In this document: positions 1 to 12,104 of the stretch, piece after piece
Layout: the number at the start of each line of letters is the position of its first letter
Position numbering within the stretch: the stretch's first letter is position 1
Assembly (NCBI GenBank): GCA_030390025.1
Contig: CM059431.1
Coordinates: 106,456,001-106,520,000 of the forward strand
Origin: Squalus acanthias
Lineage: Eukaryota
DNA: 64,000 bases
Direction of reading: 5' to 3'
Notes under the pieces: model-generated
What the model saw: the letters and a program-made list of their open reading frames with translations, nothing else
Databases searched by the model: none
Told to the model about the DNA's origin: nothing
Made by a program: the position numbers and the translations under genes

Positions 1-468
1 CCACCCCCATCTCCACTAACAAAAGCTTGTGTTTAGGTTTATATGTGGGAGTAATGAGTTTACGCTTGGGTTGTATAAAGCTTAATTCAGGAGTAGTGAA
101 GAGTAATTATGTTGGTCTGGTTTATAAAGATTTCCCAACAGGAGCGCTCGCTCTCTGAGTGCTTGTCCATAAACACAAGTTTTACTGTGGAATGTGTGAT
201 TATCTACCAATTCCTTGAGCACTGACCATTGAGCATCACACTCTCTGGACGTACCATTGATCAGTGAAATGTCTCATTTCTTTTATGTTGCAGTTTGTAA
301 TTCAGACTAACCATTTTGACCCTGGTGTATTCCTTTAACCGGGGTGCATCTGAATGCAAGTCCAATAGGATTGTACCCTGCCCAATCTTGCTAATAAATG
401 ATCACATTCTTAAAACAGAGTGGCAGTGGTCTGATCTTTGCATCAGCTGTTAACAGATAAGAGATATA

Positions 469-1357
469 GGGGGGGAAAATTCAGTTGGTTTGCGCCTCCC
501 GTTAGCGCCTTAAGAGGGCGCTAATGGGGCGCAAAGCAACTAGCGCCAGGGCGCGGCGGTTTGCGCCGCTCGCAAAATTAACTAGACATTTTGCGGTGGC
601 GCTAAACACTACCGCCACGATCTCCTGTGCCGGCAGATCGTGACGTCAGTCGAGTGCGCAACGCCCCGGTAGCGCCCCGGAGCGGATATTGAGTGGCGTC
701 CCCTGCCTTATCGCCTGCCGCTAGCAACGATAGGTTGAGGGGAGCGTTTTGCAGTCAGGAAGGGACTGTGGGAGCGCTATTTAAAGGCGTTCGCTTCCTG
801 CCTTTTTTTGTTGGTGACATTTTTGAACCACGCATTCTGAGAGAGAGAGAGACTTCTGGAGAGATTCAATGCTGTGTGAAGGAGTTTTGGGTACTGAGCA
901 GCACTTTGCAGGTTCATTTTGATTTGCCCTTCCTTGTATCGATTTAGAAGAGACAGTGGGGGTTGCACTCTGAGCTCTTTCCCTGGACCTCTCCATTGTT
1001 CTTTCCAGCAGATTTGATGTACAGGTCTCTCCAGGCCGAGATTCAAGGCTGCAATGAGCAGGATGTGGATGGAAAGCAAGATCAACCCTCCCCTTAAGAA
1101 CTGGCCGGCGCCATTGTGTCTGTGTTCCATTGCTGACTGACATCGCATGAGCTTCGCCAGCGCTCTGAGTTAGCGCCTCGCTCCTCAGCCTTTGCACCTT
1201 AAGACAGGTGTGAAGCGCCTGATTTAGCGCTCCAATCACCTCCAGGGGCGATAAAAGTCAAGTTTGCAGTCGGAGGCGATAATTAGCGCCAGGCGCTAAT
1301 CTTTGCGCCTGGCCGATAATTGCGCCCCAAATGGGGCGATACTGAATTTCTCCCCCC
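469..1357. mobile_element. Non-autonomous DNA transposon (PIF/Harbinger-like MITE)
   Basis: TIRs GGGGGGGAAAATTCAGT / ACTGAATTTCTCCCCCC, 3-bp ATA direct repeat on both flanks, many subterminal TAGCGCC/GGCGCTA motifs. Confidence 0.8.
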
Positions 1358-1649
1358 ATACTCAGGTGTGCTGATGGATTATAATAGAAAGGACCGGACA
1401 GATTACAACTGTGTTGGCTTTTTCAGTATTACTGAGTAACCCTCGAGCATTGCAGCATGAACTTTAGCATTCAGGAATAAACTGAATGCAAATATCCTTG
1501 ACTGTTAAAGCCTGCTTAAACACTGAATTTACCTCAGACCTATTGCTTCATATGGTGACTTCGCCCTGAACCAAAGTACATGCTACAAAATTACAGACTG
1601 ACCCAACCATGGGAGGGGACATAATCATCAGAGCTTTAGACCATCTTTT

Positions 1650-2175
1650 TACAGGATTACACATAAGAGCGAAGGTTCAGCCCATCTTAGCTTATCCATC
1701 CAGATTTGTATTTTTAATCACTTTCCCTCCCCCTACATCTTGAATAAATTAAGATTTCACCTCCACTGCTCTATCCAGAAGACCATTCCAAATATTGACC
1801 ATTCTTTGTGTGAAGAAATTCTTCCTGACATCTATCTTACATTGTCCTTTAACCACTTTTAGCCTTCACCCTCCTGTTCTAGTATCCTACTATAAATTGA
1901 AGCAGAGCTCCATACTAACCTTTGTCTACATCATTTAATATTTTGTATTCTTCTATAAATATCCACTTTCAGCTGCTTCCTTTCAAAGCCAAAGAGCCCC
2001 AGTTTCGCCAGTCTTTACCTAAAATGCAATCTTTTGACACTAGGGATCACCCTCGTGGCTTGAATGTTTCTTTCACGTCCTGGTGACCAAAGATTAACAC
2101 AATACTTGATGTGCAGTCAGACTAGGGAACTATAAAGTATTAGCATGATATCTTTCTAATTACAATCAATTGACT
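1650..2175 (-). mobile_element. Old, diverged CR1 LINE 3' fragment
   Basis: Degenerate similarity to the CR1 ORF2 C-terminus and 3' UTR seen elsewhere in the window (aagaaattcttcctga, aaagagccccagttt). Confidence 0.55.
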
Positions 2176-3435
2176 TAGCAATATAAGATAGCATTCGATC
2201 CATTTTGTTTATTGCTGCTACACAATGATTTGAGACAGATTGGAAATGTATTTTGTGCGCGTTGTGCCCACGTGCATCTGGTCATCGCGCTTTTCATTTT
2301 TCCATTATTTAAAAATGTTTTTCTCATTTTACTGCCTTCGCCATCTATGCTATTCCCTTTTTTGGACAGAGCATTTCTCCACACCTCCATGACTGGACCA
2401 TGCCCGTCTTTCTTTTGTACTTGAGATAGAGTGCTCACGCTACGTACTGGTGCTCTATTCAACAGTCTAGATGAAAATTACCAACAGTTTTCAGATTGAG
2501 GGTAGCTGAGTTGGAATGAACGTTGCGGCTGGTATTTAAACTGAGGTTGAATGAGAGTCTCGAGTTGTGTTGTGAGAGCCAACAGCACATGTATCGCCTC
2601 CTGTTTAAAAGAGTCAATGTAAGTGCACTAGGTGGTACCGTGGGTCAGAACACAATCTATTGCCCCTGTCTCTCAGACTTGCTCCAACGCAGCCATGACT
2701 GACAGGATGAAAGTTTTCTTTCTCTGATGTTAGTAAGGGTTATACATGAAATGCAGCACAAAACTACACATAAGGTGGTACTATTGGCAATCCATTTGGG
2801 TCCTCATTCAGAGATTGACTTCTAGCCTTCAAACTTTCTCTCCATTACATCATTTTTGTCTTTGTTTTATCAGTAAGACCCTGGTTTCCTCTAATTCTTC
2901 CGAACTCTTATTTTCCTCGTAAGCCGCAAAAGCATCAACTTATGTTATTCCTTTTCCCTGCATCCTCACTGCTTTGAAAAAGACTGATCCACTAAATCTT
3001 ATCTTTGTCTTCTATTCTAATTTCTTTCAGAACTGTGAAGCCTCTTAGCTGACTCAGCCTCCCCTTCCTCTTTCAATCTTTAGGCTTTTAAAACCCAAGT
3101 TTGGCATTACTTCATTATTACTTTCTCGTTTCTCTCTTTTCAACCTTGGCGGTGTCCTGCACCATGGCTTTGGGCCTTCATCTTGGTTTCTCAATAAAAG
3201 ACAAAAGACCAACACTATACAGTTCAACTCTTAGCACATTGTGGATGACCCATCTCATTTGAGGGCAACTGGTTTGTGAGTGCATTTTCCAAATGACTCA
3301 TCCAGTTGTAGTGCTATTAGTTCGACACATAAAAATTATAGTAAATATTGATCTGATTGCATCTATAGACTTGAGGGCTCTAACTGTCAGAAAAACAGTT
3401 CCATTCATGAGTTTTTCAATCAATACTAAAGAATG

Positions 3436-3721
3436 AAAGAATTTGCATTTATATAGCGCCTTTCACAACCTCAGGACATCCCAAAGCAATTCACAGCCAA
3501 TGAAGTCCTTTTGAAGTGTAGACATTGTTGTAATGTGGGAAACAATCAGAGCCATATTTTCCAATGGTGGAACTCATGAAGTTCAGCTGAAAAATGGAAG
3601 AAAGAACTTGCATTTATATAGTGTCTTTCATGACATCAAGATGTCCCAAAGCAATTCACAACTGATGAAGTCCTTTTGAAGTGGAGTCACTGTTATAATG
3701 TAGGGACACACGGTAGCCAAC
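3436..3721 (-). mobile_element. Two tandem DeuSINE (SacSINE1-like) 3'-tail fragments
   Basis: Twice ttgcatttatatag..tttca..tcccaaagcaattcaca..atgaagtccttttgaagtg, the reverse complement of the SINE tail. Confidence 0.8.
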
Positions 3722-3743
3722 GTATTTTAAATTTGAAGAGTAG

Positions 3744-4211
3744 GTGCCAGCTGTGGCTCAGTGGTAGCACTCTCGCTTTTGCGTCAGAAAGTTTGTGGAT
3801 TCAATTCCAGAAGCTTGAGCACAACAATCTAGGTTGACGCTTCAGTGCAGTACTGAGGGAGTACTGCACTGTCGAAGGTGCCGCACTGTCGAAGGTGCCA
3901 CCTTTCGGACGAGATGTTAAACTGAGGCCCCATCTATCCTCTCAAGTGGACGTAAAGATCCCACAACACTATTTGAAGAAGAGCAGGGGAGTTCTCCCTG
4001 GTGTCCTGGCCAATATTTATCCCTCAACCAACATCGCTAAAACAGATTATCTGGTCATTATCACATTGCGGTTTGTGGGACCTTGCTGTGTGCAAATTGT
4101 CTGCCGCGTTTCCTACATTACAATTGCAACTACACTACAAAAAGTGCTTCATTGGTTGTAAAGCACTTTGGGATGTCCTGAAGTCATGAAAGGTGCTATA
4201 TAAATGCATGT
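3744..4211 (+). mobile_element. Full-length tRNA-derived DeuSINE (SacSINE1-like)
   Basis: A-box TGGCTCAGTGG, B-box-like GTTCAA region, Deu-type core (aagatccca..cactatttgaagaagagcagggg..gtcctggccaatatttatccctca), L2-type tail aaaggtgctatataaatgca. Confidence 0.9.
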
Positions 4212-4358
4212 TCGTTCTTTTAGGAAAAAGAATGGATAAACATGAAGGAAATTGAACTGAAGATAAGAAAAATAGTAAAGAAAGAAAAGAATGAAGACAG
4301 AACTGAGAGAAAAGGGAGAAGAGGCAAGGCAATTCTTTATTTAAAATTGTTTTTCAAG

Positions 4359-4479
4359 GGGGTGAATTTCCACGGGGGGTTTCCTGCTCTTTCGCTGTAA
4401 CTCCAGTGTAAGGGAGTCGCGGAATCCTCGGAAGAATGGCTAAAAAGCCAGCCAAGAGAACCTCGAGGGAAATTCACCC
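4359..4479. mobile_element. Short MITE (~120 bp)
   Basis: TIR GGGTGAATTTCC / GGAAATTCACCC, flanked by AAG on both sides. Confidence 0.6.
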
Positions 4480-4740
4480 AAGTGTCTAGTTTTGCAGTAA
4501 TGGTAAAGGTTACTGTAATACACCTGTGAGTAACTTCATTATTGTCAGGTTAGTGTTTGTTTCAGCTTCCCAGTGCGTCAACTGAAAACTTGGGAAAAAA
4601 ATCTGTCTGGCCCAGGGAATTTCCCTCACCTATTGTCCATCCAAGGTTAATAACGGTTAATTCTTTAATTCACTGCAGATAATTTATACTGTGTGCTTTA
4701 ATTTACGACATAATGGTTTGTATTATTTATTACACTTTCG

Positions 4741-5310
4741 TTACCTCCAGACTCGACTATTCCAACACTCTCCTGGCTGGCCTCACATCTTCCACCTTCT
4801 GTAAACTTGAGCGCATCCAAAACTCGGCTGCCCGTATCCTAATTCGCACTGAGTCCCGTTCACCCATCAGCTAAGCTCACTGATCTACATTGGCTCGCAG
4901 TCCAGCCACACTTTGATTTTAAATTCTCATCCTTGTGTTCAAATTCCTCCATGGCTTCGCTCCCTCCCTATCCCTATCTCCTCCAGCCCTACAACCCTCC
5001 GAGATCTCTGTGCCCCTTCAATTCTGGCCTCTAGTGCATCCCCGATTTCCTTCTCCCCTCCATTGGCGGCCGTGCTTTTAGCTGTCTAGGCCCTGAGCTC
5101 TGGAATTCCCTCCCTAAACCTCTCTGCCCCTCCACCTCTCTCTCCTCCTTTAAGATGCTCCTTAAAACCTACCTCTTTGACCAAGCTTTTGGTCACCTGT
5201 CCCAATAACTCCCTATGTGGCTCGGTGTCACATTCTATCGGATAATGCGCCTGTGAAGTTCCTTGGGATGTTTTACTACATTAAAGGTGCTATATAAATG
5301 CAAGTAATTG
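4741..5310 (+). mobile_element. L2 LINE 3' fragment
   Basis: Encodes TSRLDYSNxLLAGL..IQNSAARIL..LHWL and ends aaaggtgctatataaatgcaag. Confidence 0.85.
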
Positions 5311-5345
5311 TTACTTACCCTAATTCACTACACATGATTTATATT

Positions 5346-6070
5346 GGCCCAGAAATTCCGTTCGCAGGCCTCCCGCGGGGGCGGAGGGCTACGATCTGGA
5401 AAAATCTGCGCCTGGACCGGAGGGCTCCCGGGAGGCGCAGAGTTCCGCTGCCGGGCCTCTCCAAACTGCCAGTGCGCAGGGCCCACGTATCCCAGAGGCG
5501 CAGGCGGTTCGCAGCGTCCCTGGGATCACGTGGGCCATGGGGAGCCAATCAGAGAAGGGAATCTCCATTCATACATTTGACAGGAAGACCTGTCAAATAT
5601 ATGAATAGAGATCACCCCCAAAACATAGTAAAACTTTAAATAATTTTTTTTAAAAACATCACATTCTTAAAATGACTTTAAATTACTATAAATTAAGTAT
5701 TTTAAACAAAAATTTTATTTTTTGAAAAAACTAATTAAAGTTTTTAACGGGGCTAAAAATAAACTTACCTTTCTTTAAAGTATTTTTAAATGATAAATCA
5801 GTGGAAATTTTTTTTTTTTTTACTTTTTTCAACTCTTATCCTGGTAAAAGCAGGTTAGGCCTGCTTTTACCAGGCGCAAGAATTGTAAGTGTTTTCTGCG
5901 GGCGAAGGGTCTCCAAAAAGCGGAACTCTCCCCCCGCAGAGGCCCTACTCCAGATCGGAAATGCCGGTTTCCAACGCAAGCGCAGTGCATGCCTGAAACC
6001 GGCATTTCCGTTGGCCTTACGGGTGAGTACACAGCGCGTACCCACCCGTAGGGATCGGAATTTCTGCCCC
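5346..6070. mobile_element. Harbinger-like MITE family B, copy 1
   Basis: TIRs GGCCCAGAAATTCCG / CGGAATTTCTGCCCC; GC-rich ends and AT-rich core; homologous to 51830-52480 and 23582-25536. Confidence 0.85.
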
Positions 6071-6073
6071 AAT

Positions 6074-6310
6074 GTGTATTTTAATTCAATGCACACTATT
6101 GACACTGCACATAATTCACCCCATGCCGTTTACATGATACATTTTAATTCACTACACGTGGTTTACACCATGTATTTTAATTCAGTACATGTGGTTACAC
6201 CATGCATGTTAATTAAGGGCGCATGGTTTAGACCGCGCATTTTAATTAAGACCACACCGTTTACAGCAGGCATTTTAATTCACTACACACGGTTTACACT
6301 ATGTCTTTAA
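6074..6310. repeat. ~33-bp minisatellite (ttttaattcactacacrtggtttacaccatgya), about 7 units; more units at 4655-4740 and 5320-5345
   Basis: Direct reading of degenerate tandem units. Confidence 0.75.
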
Positions 6311-7373
6311 TGCAGAACAGCTGAAAATCTGGCAGTAAACTGAATTAGCAGCTGTCATACAAACGGGATATCAGAGACACCCAAATGCTAATTCTGTCCG
6401 GGCTGCACGTGCGTCTGGAACTAGTCAAGTGAACTGAAGCAGTTGGACTTGAAAGAGGGCAGAGTGTGACATATTGCCTGTGCTGGTTGGTAAATAAAAG
6501 CGTACTAGAGCTGACGAGTGGGAGACGCGCAGCTAAAAGTCAAGCTAATGAACGAGGTGTTTGCACAAGAGGTGTGATAAGCTGTTGCTGCCTGCATGAT
6601 ACAAAACTCCTATCAACTGCCCACTGGGTCACCCGTCTGGTCTGTATCTGTGCTCCGCCAATCCTCACAGGGAAGCTGCACTGCTGGGCCATGAGATAAT
6701 GAAACTCTAATGAGCTTGCCCTGCTGATCACTAAAGTACGACAAGATGGACAAAAGTTAGCAGGCATCATGGGGACTAAGCTGCTAGATGCCTGCTAAAC
6801 CCCACCTCCTGTGCTGCAATTTCCTTTGTAATCACCATCACAGCTCCTTCACCGTTTTCCGATGGCCAAATGGGACTTTCATAAACAGTGCCTGCTCTGT
6901 TTTGCGCTTCTCGCATATTCCCAAACGTACCATCAGAGAGGCTTGTGTAGGTCTTGTTGCTCTGTTGTGCTTACCATATAACAGTGCGAACAAAAGCCAC
7001 AGATGAGAGACATCCACTTGTTATCCCACCTCTTAGACCCAACCTCTGCTGTAAAATCAAATCAAATTGAAACAGTTTCCTATCTATCTAATCTTGTTAG
7101 TAAAAATTATTATATTTTCTTACCTTCTAGTTAATAGAAAAAAGTATTTGGAGAGATGCAGACAGCAGACAAGACAACAGAAGCTCCTGTTGTAATGAGA
7201 TACTGATCTATTTATAACTCTGATAGCACTGTATGGGGTCCATAGAGCTGTGATGGAACAGCTTAGACCGAGATCAAGTATCTGTTTCAGGTTATGGTTT
7301 TCCCAAAGAAATGTATATCTTAGTTGTTTCTATTTTGGTCCCAAGAAGTAGATACACATGATCGTGTCTTTAA

Positions 7374-7818
7374 ATCATAGAAACATAGAAACATAGAAAC
7401 ATAGAATCTAGGAGCAGGAGTAGGCCATTCGGCCCGTCGAGCCTGCACCACCATTCAATACGATCATGGCTGATCATTCAAATCCAGTACCCTGTCCCTG
7501 CTTTAATCCCCACAGTACACATATCCCACCCGACCCCCGTAACCCTACGTATTTAATTCCCCCTAACATATCCCATCCTATCCCCATAACCCCACATATT
7601 TAATCCCCCCCTAACACTAAGGGTCAATTTATCATAGCCAAATCAACCTAACCCGCACATTTTTGGACAGTGGGAGGAAACCGGAGCACCCGGAGAAAAC
7701 CCACGCAGACACGGGGAGAATGTGCAAACTCCACACAGACAGTCACCGAGGTCAGATTCGAACCCGGGTCTCTGGCGCTGTGAGGCACCAGTGCTAACCA
7801 CTATGCCACCGTGTTGCC
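7374..7818 (-). mobile_element. V-SINE (HE1-like) with a CR1-type 3' tail
   Basis: tRNA head GGTGGCATAGTGGTTAGCAC..GGTTCGAATC, V-domain tgtggagtttgcacattctccccgtgtctgcgtggg..ctccggtttcctcccac, tail ending (TTTCTATG)n. Confidence 0.85.
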
Positions 7819-7914
7819 ATGAAGGCAGATGGATTACAAAATAATAGCTTATTGAACATGGGTCCACCAAGGGTCAAAAATACCTTATCTGTAACTAAAG
7901 TATTTGCAGTGATT

Positions 7915-8133
7915 CAGCTGCCAAGGCCCTAAGCTCTGGAATTCCCTCCCTAAACCTCTCTGCCTCTTTTTCCTCCTTTAAGACGCTCCTTAAAACCTAC
8001 CTCTTTCACCTATCCTAATATCTCTTTCTGCGGCTCGGTGTAAAATGTTGTCTGATCACGCTCCTGTCACGTGCCTTGGGATGTTTTACTACGTTAAAAG
8101 GCGCTATATAAATGCACGTTGTTGTTGTTGTTG
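7915..8133 (+). mobile_element. L2 LINE 3' tail
   Basis: Matches 5080-5310; ends tatataaatgcac(gtt)n. Confidence 0.85.
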
Positions 8134-8666
8134 TAAAGAGTTCTGACTCACTTCTATGCGCTAATGAGGGGCCTAACGCCAGTTTTAGGAGACTTCTGAG
8201 ACATTGAGGCTGCCTTGAGAGGAGCAGGCCTGCAAATTCATGTGGAGCCAGGAGGAGCCGCAGTGCCCCTCCCAGCTCTAGATCAATCCTGACGGCTACA
8301 ATTGCCAACCCCGCTACCCTCCCTATTCCATTATCCTCCCTCTCCCTCAGCAAGATGAAAAACATACAATAGATTAGACTAAGGATGATCTTCCTGTAGT
8401 GTATTGGTACAATATGCTAAATAAGACTACTGACAACATCGATACACACTTCCAGAGCAATTATGGCATACAAGTCCCACACTTACTGCGTTGCCAAACA
8501 TTTAGGTATTTCATTATGAAATGTATTTTCATTTGACGGCAATGGTGATAAAGTACTGCATTGTAGTATTAATGAGGTAGCTGGTGTACAGTTAAGTCTT
8601 AAAAATGAATAATTACTTTGCCAATATTATGCTGGGATCAGGATTATCCATGGCTAAGAATTTTTA

Positions 8667-8864
8667 TGATGCGGAGATGCCAGTGTTGGACTGGGGTGGA
8701 CAAAAGTGTGAAGTCGCACAACACCAGGTTATAGTCCAACAGCTTTATTTGAAATCACAAGCCTTCGGAGCGCTGCTCCTTCACCTGACGAAGGAGCAGC
8801 GCTCCGAAAGCTTGTGATTTCAAATAAAGCTGTTGGACTATAACCTGGTGTGCGACTTCTCACT
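8667..8864. mobile_element. Short palindromic Penelope-like element derivative
   Basis: Inverted arms around ~8783; 12-bp TSD TAAGAATTTTTA (8655-8666, 8865-8876); same terminal sequence as the PLE end at 29650-29747. Confidence 0.85.
8781..8817 (+). ncRNA. Minimal type I hammerhead ribozyme
   Basis: tcac CTGACGA A GGAGC agc GCTCC GAA AGCT T gtga: core, stem II, palindromic stem III, 4-bp stem I. Confidence 0.7.
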
Positions 8865-9310
8865 TAAGAATTTTTAGAAACTGCAATCAAAAATAGGCAA
8901 TTTGCAGTTTGTTGTAATAAATCCCAGTTCATGCAGCAACTCAATCTAAACAAGGATATCAAAAAGCACAACAAAACTATTGAGTTCACACAAAAATCAG
9001 ATACACAATGATCAGCCCTGAAGTCTCCAGCTCTCTGCAAGCAAATTTGAGGAATTGACTACAGTGTTTTTAATAATTTGATTTGAACAGCCTCTGGGTT
9101 ACTAGTCCAGTATCATAAGCACCAAGCTGCCATATTCTATTTACCACATGGGAGTATTAAAAATTAGATAATTGGGTACAATGTTAGTTTTGAACAGAAG
9201 GGGAGTGGGATTAATTGGAAAGCTCGAGCAAATAGCCGGCACAGGCACGATGGGCCAAATGGCCTCCCTCCGTGCTGTATCATTCTATGATTCTATGATT
9301 TTTAGTGTGT

Positions 9311-9715
9311 GTCAGCTGTGGCTCAGTTGTTAACACTTTTACTTCTGAGTCAGAAGGTTGTGGGTTCAGGTCGCACTCCAGAGACTTGAGCACAAAAATC
9401 TAGGCTGACGCTCCCAGTGCAGCACTGTCAGAGGTACCGTCTTTCAAATGAGATTCCACAACACTATTTAGTAGAAGATCAGGAGAGTTCTCCCCTGTGT
9501 CCTGGGCCAATATTTATCCCTCAATCAACATCACTAAAACAGATTATCTGGTCATTTTCACATTGCTGTCTGTGAGAGCTTGCTGTGCACAAATTGGCTG
9601 CCTCATTTCCTACATTACAACAGTGACTACACTTCAAAAAGTATTTAATTGACTGTAAAGCACTTTGGGACGTCCTGAGGTTGTGAAAGGCGCTTTATAA
9701 ATGCAATTCTTTTTT
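9311..9715 (+). mobile_element. DeuSINE (SacSINE1-like) with internal deletions
   Basis: Homologous to 3744-4211. Confidence 0.9.
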
Positions 9716-10499
9716 TTTAAGGTGTCATGCTTGGATCGAACACTCTAAATAGGAGCGGACAGATAGTGGCAGGGCACCTTTGAATTCTATGCTTGCTTGG
9801 GGACGGCAAGTGTACTGGAGATGTGGCTAAAATAATTTCCAATTTGTTCAATTTTATGATCAGCAATGAAAATGATTAAAAAAAAAACATCTGTATCCCT
9901 CGACAGACCAATGTGCTCCATCTTTCTTTACTGTTCTGAGTATTAGCTACCCTCCCTACCCATTACATTTTATTACTCGTTTTTAGCAATTCCCTCATGC
10001 CATTGACATGACAGATGCAGTTCCATAAAATTAGATCCCAATGATCCCAAATGAATTTAATTTCCATTGTGCTTGTACAACACCATCAACGGTAGTTGGC
10101 CCCCGTGCATGGTCTTCCAACGCAGTAGAAAGCACGCACGCGGACACCAAACAGGTCATTTTTTTTTTGTTTCTTTATTTTTGTAAAAAGGTAGTGTCAT
10201 TCTTTTTTTTGATATCTGGAAGCCAACGATAAGTGTCAGTGGTTTAGTGAACTGACCAGATCGAACTGTGCAGCAGTGAAGAAGGTAAGCAATGTGAGGG
10301 CGCAGAACGGGGCAGAGAATGTAAAGTTCTGGAGCTCCCTCATCAACAAAACAACTGGAGAACTAGCAGGCCACAAACCCAATACTTGCTTACGGAGTCT
10401 GAGCAAACTGTGCTAAGTTAGACCAGAATATGTACTGGTGTGAAAAGTAGAAAAACTATCGCATCATTAATGTCTCTGATAACCAAAAATTTAAAACAG

Positions 10500-10660
10500 A
10501 ACAAAAAACACTATAGCCACAGGCAACAGAAATAAATGAATAAACAGCAACAAAAAACAACATACACAAAATTATAAATTAGACAATGGTATAAAATAAA
10601 TTTAATAATCAGGCTATACTTTATTTAGTACAGAAATCTGCAACCACAATATGCGCATAC
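10500..10660 (-). terminator. Candidate intronic/alternative polyadenylation site in PCDH9 orientation
   Basis: Minus strand: UGUA motifs, AATAAA (10625-10620), ATTAAA (10606-10601), then a long GT/T-rich tract (tgtgtatgttgttttttgttgctgttt). Confidence 0.55.
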
Positions 10661-12104
10661 AGTTTTAAATATAATAATGGTAAAAACAGCGATAAAATAA
10701 ATACAAGTGTATAATAATTGGATATATTTAAATGTACATAGTGATTCAAGCCAATGTCTCTGTGAATACTGTATAATAATATTTATAAATTCGCCCTTTC
10801 CAACACTGACATGACTATCTGACCCTTCTCAGCACGTCCCAAAAGACCAGTCCTTTCAGATGCAGTAAAACGTGTGGTGTCTGGTTACTGATAAGCACTT
10901 CCGCAAAATCTTTTCCAGCCACTCAGTGTGACACAGCTTAAGGGAAAAGACTGGCTCAAAATACCCACGAGCAATGATTGGCGGCCAGTTTCAGTTCTCT
11001 GCCACTCGAACAGGGCTGAGGAGAAGCTGCTCGAATCTTCTCCTTAGGTATGCTTCTGTTGAGCTCCACTGATCCTTTCAACTCTCCCCCAATCCTATGG
11101 GTCTGTTATGGACGTAATCCCTGATTAATATGATTTAGTGAACTCTCCTGCTCCGAGGGGAGCAGATCTTAAAAGGAGGATGTCTGCTCTTCCTTGGCAT
11201 GTCCTTATTTTTGCAGGAACAACACTCCGCCCATAATGTTTTAGCAAAAAGCTGCATTAAAAAAAAAAGCATTTCGCAAACCTGTTGGGTGATTTTACTC
11301 CTTGTGTCGGAACACATCCAACTGCGTAACGCCAAATGAATATTTGGACTATTCACACAGAGCATTTTACTGCATTCACTAAGGCCATGGCAATATTGAT
11401 ACAGTTCTGCATTGATACTACAGGTGCAGCAGATTCAAGAGAAACATCTTGAAATAATTCCAGTTCCCACATCATTTCCCCTGACAAAAAGCCCATTGGT
11501 ATCGACTGAAACACGACAGGCATCAAATCGTCGTCTCAAGGAGGTCCCCTCTCAAGAGATGTCCCAATTAACCGTGTCCCACAAGCTTAAACGTGGGCAG
11601 CTGTTCCCTTTATCGCATTCGCTGGATAAATCCCTGTTTCCCGAGGCAGCATTCCAATTACAGTACAAGCCGAGCCATGAGCACTACATTTACGTATAGC
11701 TTTTCAGCATATTGATCATGAATTTCTCCGACAATTTTAAGTGTGCACTTGGTGAATGTCAGGATGGGCAAAGCGTCGGATGAGAGCCATCTTAACCCCT
11801 TTGAGAACTGACTTTTGCTCAGTTTAAACCATAATAAGTTTCCATCTCATACTTTTGGGAATACTGTGCGGGATTCTGCAAAAGAATAGAGCCCAATATT
11901 ACTCTAATTATAGATCACTTGGAAATAACTCGTCATTTCACAAAAAAAAACAGCCCTCACCTGATTTTGACTTTCACCTTCATTCTTACTTAAAAGAAGC
12001 AGAGATTCCAAATCTAACCCCACCCAAACATTCTCCGTCTGTATGTGTGTTTCCGATTTAAGCAACATACCAGTGCCAGCTTTAACTGGGCGATAAGTTA
12101 TATC

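Noticed and set aside
777..1239. ORFs of 123 and 152 aa inside the first MITE as a transposase
   Set aside because: No DDE or Myb motifs recognisable; the element is too short to be autonomous
6074..6310. CRISPR-like periodic array
   Set aside because: Adjacent degenerate units with no unique spacers; eukaryotic context; no cas genes
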